Made by a program: the position numbers and the translations under genes. Shown piece by piece: positions 8,558-17,391 of a DNA stretch of 64,000 nucleotides. How positions within the stretch are numbered: position 1 is the first letter of the stretch; every line of letters begins with the position of its first letter. The stretch lies in NCBI GenBank assembly GCA_025980465.1, contig JAICXJ010000011.1:11056-75055 (forward strand). The letters are read 5' to 3'. The notes beneath the pieces are model-generated. The model saw nothing but the letters and a program-made list of their open reading frames with translations, was not told the origin of the DNA and made no database searches. This DNA comes from Frankiales bacterium. GTDB taxonomy: Bacteria; Actinomycetota; Actinomycetes; JAFAQI01.

Positions 8558-8640
8558 CATGGCACATAGGTGGGGCCAGGGCCCCACCAATGGCACATGC
8601 GTGGGGCCCTGGCCCCACCAATGGCACATGCGCGGGGGTC
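8558..8640. repeat. 31-bp tandem repeat (about 2.7 copies), with a GC hairpin in each of the first two units
   Basis: (c/a)atggcacat(a/g)(g/c)g recurs at 8558, 8589 and 8620. Palindromes tggggccagggcccca (8571-8586) and tggggccctggcccca (8602-8617) are present. The repeat is intergenic, between the sortase operon and the acyl-CoA ligase. Confidence 0.85.
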
Positions 8641-8647
8641 GAGTGAA

Positions 8648-10363
8648 ATGATCGCGCGTGTGGCGGGCTACGACGATCGGCCGTGGCTTGCGGCGTACCC
8701 GCCGGGCGTTCCCGCCGACCTGGACTTCCCCGCCGAGCCACTGACCCGGTTGCTCGACGACGCGGCGAGCGCATTCCCGAGCACGGTCGCGATCTCCGCC
8801 ATGGGGAACCGGATCACCTACCGGCAGCTCAAGGACAGCGTCGACCGGTTCGCCGGTGGGCTGGCCGACCGCGGCGTCGGTCCGATGTCACGGGTAGCGG
8901 TGATCTTGCCGAACTGCCCGCAGCACGTCGTGGCGTTCTTCGCCGTCCTGCGCCTGGGCGCGGTCGTCGTCCATTGCAACCCGCTCGCGACTGCGGACGA
9001 GCTCTCCGCACAACTGACCGACTCCGGCGCGGTCGCGGTGGTGTGTCTCGACCGTGTCGTCCCCACGATCCTCGCGATCCGGTCCGTCACCGACGTCACG
9101 ACGATCGTGACAACGTCGCTCGCGGACGCGTTGACCCCGGTCGCCCGCGCGCGGCTCGAGCTTCCGCTGCCGAAGACCCGGTCGCGCAAGGCGCGGCTGC
9201 TCGCCGCGGTGCCGGCGGACCCGGCGGTGCGGGAGTACCGGGAGGTGCTGCGCCGAGGCAAGCCGACTCGACAGGCGGCGGTGAACGCCGGCCAGGACGT
9301 CGCGGTCCTGCAGTACACCGGCGGGACGACGGGTGAGCCGAGAGCCGCGATGCTCTCTCACGCGAACCTGGTGGCGAACAGCTACCAGATGCGGCTGTGG
9401 CTGCCGGACGCGATGCCGGGACGCGAAGTCACCCTGGGCGTGCTGCCGCTGTTCCACGTCTACGGCCTCACGCTGTGCATGCTGATGACCGTCCTGCTCG
9501 CCGGTCGGCTCGTGCTGGTGCCGCGGTTCGATCTTGATGCCGTGTTCGAGGCGATCGACTTCGAGCGGCCGACGCTGTTCCCCGGCGTACCGCCGATCTA
9601 CCACGCCTTGCTCGACTCGCCCAAGGTTCGTCGCCACGACCTCAAGTCGATCCGCGCCTGCATCTCCGGCGCCATGAAGCTGCCGGCCGACATCCAGGAG
9701 CGGTTCGAGCGCACCACCGGCGGCCGGCTGGTCGAGGGCTACGGCATGACGGAGACCTCGCCGGCCACTCACTGCGTGCCGCTCACCGACGAGCGCCGGC
9801 CCGGCTCCGTCGGAGTGCCGCTGCCGGGGACCGAGGCGCGCATCGTCGACCCGCAGGACGCGGGCATCGTGATGCCGGTCGGTCAGCCGGGCGAGCTCGC
9901 GGTGAAGGGTCCGCAGGTGTTCCTCGGCTACTGGCAACGTGACGCCCGACCGGTGCCGCCCACCGTCGACGGGTGGTGGCTCACCGGCGACATCGCGACG
10001 ATGGACGACGACGGTTGGTTCACGGTCGTCGACCGCAAGAAGGATCTGATCGTCGCCGGCGGCTTCAACATCTCGCCGACCGAGGTCGAGGAGGTCGTGC
10101 AAGCGATCCCCGGCGTGACCGACTGTTGTGTCGTCGGTCTGCCCGACCGCTATCGCGGCGAGACGGTCAAGGTTTATGTGGTGGCGCCCGCCGGAGACGT
10201 CACCGACAATGACGTCCTGGCTGCGTGCACCGAGAAGCTCACGGCGTACAAGGTCCCCAAGTTCGTCGAGTTCCGGGACGAGCTGCCGCGCACCGCTGTC
10301 GGAAAGGCGTTGCGGCGCCAGCTGATCGCGGAGGAGCTGGCTGCGAAGGACGCCTCGTCATGA
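8648..10363 (+). CDS. Long-chain-fatty-acid--CoA ligase (AMP-binding enzyme)
   Basis: Motifs LQYTGGTTGEPRAAMLSH, GYGMTETS and TGDIATMDDDGWFTVVDRKKD. Start set at ATG 8648 (MIARVAGYDDRPWLAAYPPGVP) because the first 26 codons of the track ORF fall inside the tandem repeat. Confidence 0.88.
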   Translation: MIARVAGYDDRPWLAAYPPGVPADLDFPAEPLTRLLDDAASAFPSTVAISAMGNRITYRQLKDSVDRFAGGLADRGVGPMSRVAVILPNCPQHVVAFFAVLRLGAVVVHCNPLATADELSAQLTDSGAVAVVCLDRVVPTILAIRSVTDVTTIVTTSLADALTPVARARLELPLPKTRSRKARLLAAVPADPAVREYREVLRRGKPTRQAAVNAGQDVAVLQYTGGTTGEPRAAMLSHANLVANSYQMRLWLPDAMPGREVTLGVLPLFHVYGLTLCMLMTVLLAGRLVLVPRFDLDAVFEAIDFERPTLFPGVPPIYHALLDSPKVRRHDLKSIRACISGAMKLPADIQERFERTTGGRLVEGYGMTETSPATHCVPLTDERRPGSVGVPLPGTEARIVDPQDAGIVMPVGQPGELAVKGPQVFLGYWQRDARPVPPTVDGWWLTGDIATMDDDGWFTVVDRKKDLIVAGGFNISPTEVEEVVQAIPGVTDCCVVGLPDRYRGETVKVYVVAPAGDVTDNDVLAACTEKLTAYKVPKFVEFRDELPRTAVGKALRRQLIAEELAAKDASS

Positions 10364-10376
10364 CTGTGTTTCTCGC

Positions 10377-11030
10377 GTGACCAGGGTTCTGGTCGTGGAC
10401 AACTACGACAGCTTCGTGTTCAACCTGGTGCAGTACCTCGCCCAACTGGGTGCCGAGGTCGAGGTACGCCGCAATGACGCGATCGAGGCGACCGACCCGC
10501 TGATGCGCGAGGTCGACGGCATCCTGCTGTCCCCGGGCCCAGGAAAGCCAGAGGACGCCGGGTGCTGCATCGAGGTGATCAAGGCTCACGGCGAAGCCGT
10601 GCCGATCTTCGGCGTCTGCCTGGGACACCAGGCGATCGGGGTCGCGTACGGGGGGACGGTCGATCGCGCGCCCGAGTTGTTGCACGGCAAGACGAGCGAG
10701 GTGCATCACCAGGGAGTCGGCGTACTCGCCGGTCTTCCCGATCCGTTCATCGCGACGCGGTACCACTCGCTGACCGTGCTCGACCCCGATCTGCCGGCGG
10801 AGCTAGAGGTCACCGCCCGCACCGCAACCGGCGTGATCATGGCCTTGCGGCATCGGAGCCTCCGGGTCGAGGGGGTGCAGTTCCATCCTGAGTCGGTGCT
10901 CACCCAAGGTGGGCACCAGATGCTCGCCAGCTGGCTCGCGGTCTGCGGTGATCCGACCGCGGCTGAGCGGGTGCCCGAGCTCGCCGAACGCCTGGAACGC
11001 CAGCGCGCCGCCGTCTCCCCTGGTACCTGA
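10377..11030 (+). CDS. trpG: Anthranilate/aminodeoxychorismate synthase component II (glutamine amidotransferase)
   Basis: 217 aa. Motifs VLVVDNYDSFVFNLVQYL, GVCLGHQAIG (catalytic Cys) and GVQFHPES. Conserved position near pknB. Confidence 0.9.
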   Translation: MTRVLVVDNYDSFVFNLVQYLAQLGAEVEVRRNDAIEATDPLMREVDGILLSPGPGKPEDAGCCIEVIKAHGEAVPIFGVCLGHQAIGVAYGGTVDRAPELLHGKTSEVHHQGVGVLAGLPDPFIATRYHSLTVLDPDLPAELEVTARTATGVIMALRHRSLRVEGVQFHPESVLTQGGHQMLASWLAVCGDPTAAERVPELAERLERQRAAVSPGT

Positions 11031-11223
11031 TACCTGTCAGGAAATCGCGCGCTTGGGCGGCGCCGACGGCCCTGACAAGTCGATCGGGCTAAGACGGTGG
11101 GCGGCGACTAAGCCGGTCGGTCGGGCGGGCCGGGCGAAAGATAAGGAATCCGCCCGATGTGCGGGGCTACCTCAGTGGCGGATCGTCTACCTCGGACACA
11201 CCGAGGACATCGAGGAGACGATC

Positions 11224-11430
11224 GTGATACCCGGACTGATCGAACAGTTCGCCGACGCCGAGGTCGCCTACCGGCGGGAGCGCATCCAGGCGGAATTCAC
11301 CCCCCGCCCTGCGAGCCGGCGGCGGCGCTGGCTGGGCGGGATCCTGCACCCGGCCAGGCGCCACGCGGGCCGGGCGCCGCTGCCACGCCCGCCGATGCCC
11401 GCGCCGCACCACCAGCACGCGGCGGGTTGA
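11224..11430 (+). CDS. Hypothetical small protein (68 aa), tentative
   Basis: GTG 11224 lies 6 nt after GAGGAG (11212-11217). The frame has GC-rich third positions. VIPGLIEQFADAEVAYRRERIQAEF is followed by an Arg/Pro-rich tail. No family recognised. Confidence 0.3.
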   Translation: MIPGLIEQFADAEVAYRRERIQAEFTPRPASRRRRWLGGILHPARRHAGRAPLPRPPMPAPHHQHAAG

Positions 11431-11488
11431 GCCGCACGCCACGCCGATCAGACCGGCGTCGAGGCCAGATATTCATGCGCTAGCTGTC

Positions 11489-14488
11489 GTGGCTGGCGGT
11501 CATGATGGTGGCGTGCCGATCCAGCCCGCGACGCCACTGATCGGGCGGGTCGATGAGCTGCGCGAGCTGAGGAAGCTGGTCGGTTTGGCCGGCTCGGGTG
11601 GCGGCCAGTCGCCAGACCCGCCGCTCGGCGGCGCTGTGCTGGTCGGTGGTGACGCCGGCGCCGGGAAGAGCCGGCTGGTCGGCGAGGTGGCCCGCGACGC
11701 CGAGTCTCGCGGCTGGCAGGTGCTCGTCGGGCATTGCGTGGACTTCGGCGAGGGGTCGCCGCCGTACCTGCCGTTCAGTGAGGCGTTCGGTCGGCTCGCG
11801 GGCGACGATCCGCAGCTCGCCCAGCGCCTGGCCGAGACCAGTCCGGCGATCGCGCGGCTGCATCCCGCGCATCGCCGCCTGAGCGAGTCCGACGCGACCC
11901 AGGAACCGACCCGGCGCGGGGCGCTGTTCGAAGGCGTCCACGCGATCCTCGGCTCGCTTGCCGAAACCGCTCAGGTGTTGCTGGTGATCGAAGACCTGCA
12001 TTGGGCCGACCAGTCGACCCGCGACCTGTTGCGCTGGTTGTTCACCCGCCGGTTCGAGGCGCCGGTCACCATCCTCGCCACTTACCGCAGCGACGACTTG
12101 CACCGTCGCCATCCGCTCCGCGCGACGCTCGCCGAATGGGTCCGGTTGCCGAGCGTCCTGCGGCTGCAACTCGGGCCGATGTCGAGCGCCGATGGCCGGG
12201 CGCTGATCGACGCACTCGGCCCAGCCGGCCTTGCCGAGCGAGACCGTGCCGACATCCTCGCCCGAGCCGAGGGCAACCCGTTCTTCATCGAGGAGTTGGT
12301 CGCCGCCTCGACGGTCAGCGGCGGCCGGCTGCCTGCCGATCTGGCCGATCTGCTGCTGGTCCGTCTCGAGCGGCTCGACGACAACGCCCGGTTAGTGGTC
12401 CGGGCAGCCAGCGTCGCCGGCCGCCAGGTGTCGCACGCACTACTCGCGCACGGCACCGCGCTCGCGGATGGTGCGCTCGAGGCGGCGGTTCGCTCCGCGG
12501 TCGAGGCCAACATCCTGGTGTCGGTCGACGGCACCCACTACACGTTCAGGCACGCGTTGCTCGACGAGGCGATCTACGAGGACCTGCTGCCCGGTGAGCG
12601 GGTGCGGCTGCACGCCGCGTACGCGACCGCGCTCGCCGATCACCGGGTCGAAGGATCGGCGGCCGAGCTCGCCCACCACGCCCTCGCCTCGCACGATCTG
12701 GTGACGGCGACGAAGGCGAGCATCCAGGCCGGCGGCGACGCGATGGCGGTCGGCGGACCGGAAGAGGCCACCCACCACTACGAGCGGGCGCTCGAGCTGC
12801 TGGCCGACCCGGCGGTGTCAGCCGAACTCTCCGCCGAGCCGGCGGCTCCCGGGTACGTCGACCGGATCGATCTGGTGATCCGGACCAGCAACGCCGCGTT
12901 CGCCGCCGGCCATCTCTCCCGTGCCCTCGCTCTGGCGCTCGACCAGCTCAACGTCACACCGCCCGGCGGCCCGCCTGCCGACCGGGCCCGGTTGGTCCAC
13001 TGCCTTGCCATGACGGCATTCGTCATGGACCACAACATCGACCTGCTGAGCCTCACCGCGGAGTCGGTACGCGCGATGAGCGACGAGCCGCCGAGCGCGC
13101 TGCACGCCCACATCCTTCACGCGCACGCCCGCGCAAACTACGAGCGCTCGCGGGACGAGGAGGTCGCGAAGTGGGGCGCCGCCGCATTGCAGATGGCGCG
13201 GGAGCTCGACCTGCCGGCCATCGTCGCCGATGTGACGATCCTGCTCGCCAAGATCGACGAACGCCGCGGTGACTCCGCTGCCGCTCTCGCCGCGGTCCGA
13301 CGGGCGATCGAGGAGGCCCGTGACGCCGGCGAGCAGTTCGCCGAGCTGCGCGGGCTCTACACGCTCGGCAGCCTCTACTACGGGCAGGGCCAACTCACCG
13401 AGTCGCTCGACGCCTACGACGAGGCGGCGAAACGGGCACGCGAGCTCGGCCGTCAGTGGGCGCCGTACGGCGTCGACTCGGTGATCTTCGCTGCCATCGT
13501 CGGCTACGTCGCGGGTGACTGGGACCGGGTCGCTCGGTTGGTCGACATGTCCGGCCACAAGCCGCCCGAGATCGCGGCCGGACTGTTCGCCGCGATCGCG
13601 CTCGAGTTGGCGGCCGGCCGGGGTGAGACCGCCGCGCTCGCCGAGCTGCCCCGGGTGCGCAAAGCCTGGCCGCTCGACGGCTTGATCGTCATCACGAGCG
13701 CATCCGGCGCGATCGACCTGCACGGGCAGCGCGGCGAGATCGCTGCGGCGCTGGCCATCCACGAGGAAGCGGTCGAGGCGGTCGGCGAGCTGTGGCAGCG
13801 GCCGGCCTTTCACGCCCGGGTCCGGCTCGCCGCGGTTTTGCTCGGGGTGCTGGCCGACGCCGCCGCGGCCGCGGCCGCGACCGAGCGCGCGGAGTTGGTG
13901 CGCCGGGGCGACGAGGTCGCCGGCTCGGCGTACGAGGTCACCACCACCCCGCTGTTCAACGGACCGGAGGGGCGCGCCTGGGCGGCGCGGCTGAGTGCCG
14001 AACACGCCAGGTTGCACTGGCTCGCCGGTGTCGATGCGCGACCACTCGATGAGCTCGTGACGCGCTGGCGGGAAGCGGTCGACTCCTTTGCGGCGTTCGG
14101 GCACGTGTACGAGGCGGCTCGGTCCCGGGCGCGGCTGGCCGCGGTCCTCGCCGCTGCCGGCGATCCGGAGGCGGTCTGCGAGGCCGAACGGGCAGCGTCG
14201 GTCGCCTCGTCACTGGGTGCGGCAGCGTTGCTCGCCGAGGTGCAGCGGCTCGGTGGCGATGCTGCCAGCCGGTCAGCCGCGGGCCGCGAGGCTGAGTCGC
14301 TGACCGCCCGCGAGCACGACGTGCTGCAGCTCGTCGCGACCGGGCGCAGCAACCGCGACATCGCAGCACAACTGTTCATCAGCCCGAAGACGGTCAGCGT
14401 TCACATCTCACGCGTGCTCGACAAGTTGGATGCCGCGAGCCGCACCGAGGCGGTGGCCATCGCGCGCCGGCGCGGTCTGATCGAGTGA
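11489..14488 (+). CDS. STAND/AAA ATPase - TPR-like - LuxR-family transcriptional regulator (LAL-type)
   Basis: 999 aa. P-loop GDAGAGKSRL, Walker B LLVIEDLHWAD, a long helical repeat region, and a C-terminal GerE/LuxR HTH (LTAREHDVLQLVATGRSNRDIAAQLFISPKTVSVHISRVLDKL). GTG 11513 is an alternative start. Confidence 0.88.
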   Translation: MAGGHDGGVPIQPATPLIGRVDELRELRKLVGLAGSGGGQSPDPPLGGAVLVGGDAGAGKSRLVGEVARDAESRGWQVLVGHCVDFGEGSPPYLPFSEAFGRLAGDDPQLAQRLAETSPAIARLHPAHRRLSESDATQEPTRRGALFEGVHAILGSLAETAQVLLVIEDLHWADQSTRDLLRWLFTRRFEAPVTILATYRSDDLHRRHPLRATLAEWVRLPSVLRLQLGPMSSADGRALIDALGPAGLAERDRADILARAEGNPFFIEELVAASTVSGGRLPADLADLLLVRLERLDDNARLVVRAASVAGRQVSHALLAHGTALADGALEAAVRSAVEANILVSVDGTHYTFRHALLDEAIYEDLLPGERVRLHAAYATALADHRVEGSAAELAHHALASHDLVTATKASIQAGGDAMAVGGPEEATHHYERALELLADPAVSAELSAEPAAPGYVDRIDLVIRTSNAAFAAGHLSRALALALDQLNVTPPGGPPADRARLVHCLAMTAFVMDHNIDLLSLTAESVRAMSDEPPSALHAHILHAHARANYERSRDEEVAKWGAAALQMARELDLPAIVADVTILLAKIDERRGDSAAALAAVRRAIEEARDAGEQFAELRGLYTLGSLYYGQGQLTESLDAYDEAAKRARELGRQWAPYGVDSVIFAAIVGYVAGDWDRVARLVDMSGHKPPEIAAGLFAAIALELAAGRGETAALAELPRVRKAWPLDGLIVITSASGAIDLHGQRGEIAAALAIHEEAVEAVGELWQRPAFHARVRLAAVLLGVLADAAAAAAATERAELVRRGDEVAGSAYEVTTTPLFNGPEGRAWAARLSAEHARLHWLAGVDARPLDELVTRWREAVDSFAAFGHVYEAARSRARLAAVLAAAGDPEAVCEAERAASVASSLGAAALLAEVQRLGGDAASRSAAGREAESLTAREHDVLQLVATGRSNRDIAAQLFISPKTVSVHISRVLDKLDAASRTEAVAIARRRGLIE

Positions 14489-14495
14489 GTCCCGG

Positions 14496-16217
14496 CTAGA
14501 ACGACGGCGTGATCGTCGGCGAGGCAGTCGGTGTCGGCGGCGAACTGGTCGCGGATGGCGAACTGGTCGGTGGCGGCGGCTTCTCATCGACGTAGATCGT
14601 GACGTCGGAACCCGCCGGCGCGAAGCTTCCACCGACCGGTGACTGGCTCACGACCAGGCCGTCGTTTTTGCGGTGGTACACCGCTGATCGTTTCGGTGGC
14701 GGCACGTTGAAGCCGGCCTGTTGCAGCACCGCGGTTGCGGTCGGGACGTCATCGAGGGTGACGTCCGGCACCTTCACCTTCGAGTTGGACACGATGAGGT
14801 TGACCTTGGAGCCGGCCGGGACGGAGGCGCCGCCGGGCGGGTTCGAGGTCAGCACCTGGTTCATCGGGACCGGTGAGTTCTTGAACACGATCGAGCCCAC
14901 CGACAGGCCGGCGGCCGACAGCGCCGACTTCGCTTGCGACTCGGTCAGCCCGATCAGCCCCGCGGGCACCGGCACGAACTGGATCCCGTTGGACACGACG
15001 AGCTGAACCCGATAGCCCTTGCGGACCAAGATGCCGCCCGGCGGGTCCTGACCGATCACTTGGCCCTTGTCGTTCTTGCCGGTGTATTTGCTGGTCACCG
15101 AACCCACCGCGAGACCCTGGGCGGCGAGGGTCGCCTGGGCGTCGGCGTACGACTCGCCGGTGAGGTCTGGCGTCGTCACCTGATGGGCACTGGTCCCGAG
15201 CAGGTTGCGCGCCACCAACAGCGCGATGACGAACACCCCGATCGTGGCGATCGCCAACAGGGCATAGGCAGCGCCGCGTCGCTGGGCAGGTGGCTCGCGC
15301 AGCAGCACCGTCGTCGGAGGGAAGCTCGCGGCCGCCGCTTCATCGGCTCGCTGCACCGGCGTTGCGTGCACCGGTCGACCGGCGAGTGCCCGCTCGATGT
15401 CGGCGCGCATCTCTGCGGCGGAGGCGTACCGGTTGACCGGGTTCTTCGCCATCGCGACCAGCACGATCGCGTCCGCAGATGGTGGGACGTCGGGCTCGAC
15501 CGAGGACGGTGGCACCGGGTCTTCGCGGACGTGCTGGTAGGCGACCGCGACCGCGCTTTCCCCGGTGAACGGCGGGGCGCCGGTGAGCAGCTCATAGAGC
15601 AGGCAGCCGGTGGAGTAGATGTCGCTGCGGGCATCGACGTGTTCACCGCGGGCCTGCTCCGGTGACAGGTAGTGCGCCGTGCCGACCACCGCCGCGGTCT
15701 GCGTCATCGTCGCCGTGGAGCTGGTGAGCGCGCGCGCGATGCCGAAGTCCATGACCTTGACCTGACCGCTCGGGGTCAGCATCACGTTGCCCGGCTTGAT
15801 GTCTCGGTGCACGATGCCGGCGGCGTGCGCTTGTTCGAGAGCACCACAGATTGCGGCCGTGATCTCGAGCGCTCGCTGTGGCAGCAGTCGGCCTTCCGCC
15901 GCGAGCATGTCCCGCAGCGTGCGGCCTTCGACGTACTCCATGACGATGTACGGCGTGCGGATGCCGTCGACCTCACCCTCGCCGGTGTCGTAGACCGCGA
16001 CGATCGACGGCGAGCTCAGAGAGGCGGCTGACTGCGCCTCGCGCCGGAAGCGAGCCTGGAACGACGGATCGCGGGCGAAGTCCTGCCGCAGCAGCTTGAT
16101 CGCGACCTCGCGGCCGAGCCGCACATCGCGGCCGCGGTGCACCTCGGCCATGCCGCCACGGCCGATGACCTCGCCGACCTCGTAGCGGTCGCCGACGATG
16201 CGTCCCTTACCGGGCAT
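14496..16217 (-). CDS. pknB: Ser/Thr protein kinase PknB (three PASTA domains)
   Basis: 573 aa. Hanks motifs GRGGMAEV, VAIK, HRDIKPGN, DFGIA and SPEQ. A TM helix, three roughly 65-aa PASTA repeats, and a Pro/Ser/Thr-rich C-terminal tail. Confidence 0.93.
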   Translation of the reverse strand: MPGKGRIVGDRYEVGEVIGRGGMAEVHRGRDVRLGREVAIKLLRQDFARDPSFQARFRREAQSAASLSSPSIVAVYDTGEGEVDGIRTPYIVMEYVEGRTLRDMLAAEGRLLPQRALEITAAICGALEQAHAAGIVHRDIKPGNVMLTPSGQVKVMDFGIARALTSSTATMTQTAAVVGTAHYLSPEQARGEHVDARSDIYSTGCLLYELLTGAPPFTGESAVAVAYQHVREDPVPPSSVEPDVPPSADAIVLVAMAKNPVNRYASAAEMRADIERALAGRPVHATPVQRADEAAAASFPPTTVLLREPPAQRRGAAYALLAIATIGVFVIALLVARNLLGTSAHQVTTPDLTGESYADAQATLAAQGLAVGSVTSKYTGKNDKGQVIGQDPPGGILVRKGYRVQLVVSNGIQFVPVPAGLIGLTESQAKSALSAAGLSVGSIVFKNSPVPMNQVLTSNPPGGASVPAGSKVNLIVSNSKVKVPDVTLDDVPTATAVLQQAGFNVPPPKRSAVYHRKNDGLVVSQSPVGGSFAPAGSDVTIYVDEKPPPPTSSPSATSSPPTPTASPTITPSF

Positions 16218-16304
16218 CGTCGCCGCCGTCCGAGCTCGTCACGGCGCAAACGCTAGCTGGCGCCGCTAAGAGCGTCGGGACGCTCGCCGGGCGTTCGTTG
16301 CTGC

Positions 16305-17360
16305 TCATGAGCCGGCCGCCGGCCGGACGGTGAGGGTCACCAGGGTGCCCACCTTCACCTGAGTGCCGCCGGGCGGTGACTGCGCTGTCACCACGCCCTT
16401 CGGATCGGTGACGTTCTCGGTCACCCGGAGCACGTCCTGGGTGAGCTGGTTCTGGGCATCGCCCAGCGACAGCCCGATCACGGTCGGCACCGTGACATGG
16501 TTCGGGCCGCCGCCCCGGTCGACGAGCCACAGCAGCGCTCCGCCCGCGATGACGACGACGGTGCCCAAGGTGATCAGACCGTTGCGGACCCGCTTTCGCT
16601 CGGCGTCGTCGTACCAGGGGCGCCGCTTGGCCGGCTCACTCTCGTCGGTGTCCGCAGTGATCGGCATGAGCGGCGCGGTCTGGCCACCGCGTGCCGTCGC
16701 GGCCAGCGCAAGCGCGGTCCGGCCGATGTCGCCCGGGTCGGCCGGTGCAGGCTGTTTCCCGCCGTCGAGCCAGTTGAGGAATCGGGCGGACTCCGATTCC
16801 GTGTCACCGCCGGCGGGTGCGGGCAGCACCTCATGAGCGAGGGCGCGAAACGCGGCGATGTCATCGGCGGGGAGGTGCCGGCCGGCCAGGTCGAATCCGA
16901 TCAGCGCGGCGGACCCGTCGTCGCGAACCACGACATGTCGCGCCGACAGTCCACCGTGAATCACCCCGGCGTCGTGTGCGGTCTTCAGCGCGAGCGCGGT
17001 CTGGCCGAGCACTCGCAGTGCGTGGTCAACCGACAGCCCGCCGGCTGCGGACATGGTGTCGAGTAGCCGCCCGGGGACGTTCGCCAGCACCAGCCAGACC
17101 GGGGGCTCGTCGGCGTCGTGGTCGAGGACGCTTGCGATGCCGGGGTCCGACAGCGCCGTCAGCCGCTGCGCGCCGTGGTGAAACCGCCGACGCCACTGCG
17201 GGTCGGCGGCGGACGTCCCGTCGTAGAGCTTCACCACGACCTGCCGGCTCGCAAGGTCGTCGTGGCCGTGCCACACCTCGCGCTCGTCGTCGACGGCGAG
17301 CCGCTCGACGAGGACGTAGCGCTCGCCGACCGTCACCAGCGGTGCGTTGGAGTCAGTCAA
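16305..17360 (-). CDS. Kinase-like pseudokinase with TM helix and a single C-terminal PASTA domain (in the pknA position)
   Basis: 351 aa. It aligns by eye to the PknB N-lobe and catalytic loop, but AVDDEREV replaces GxGxxG, FHHGAQ replaces the alpha-C Glu, HGGLSARH replaces HRDxKxxN, and GFD replaces DFG. TM helix LITLGTVVVIAGGALLWLV. PASTA domain VTVPTVIGLSLGDAQNQL...VTLTV. Confidence 0.75.
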   Translation of the reverse strand: MTDSNAPLVTVGERYVLVERLAVDDEREVWHGHDDLASRQVVVKLYDGTSAADPQWRRRFHHGAQRLTALSDPGIASVLDHDADEPPVWLVLANVPGRLLDTMSAAGGLSVDHALRVLGQTALALKTAHDAGVIHGGLSARHVVVRDDGSAALIGFDLAGRHLPADDIAAFRALAHEVLPAPAGGDTESESARFLNWLDGGKQPAPADPGDIGRTALALAATARGGQTAPLMPITADTDESEPAKRRPWYDDAERKRVRNGLITLGTVVVIAGGALLWLVDRGGGPNHVTVPTVIGLSLGDAQNQLTQDVLRVTENVTDPKGVVTAQSPPGGTQVKVGTLVTLTVRPAAGS

Positions 17361-17391
17361 CGCGCGGCCGGCCGGGTGCTAGAGGCGGCCA

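Noticed and set aside
8558-8640. A possible CRISPR array, suggested by direct repeats of about 31 bp.
   Set aside because: The copies are contiguous with no spacers, there are only about 2.7 of them, and no cas genes are present in the window.
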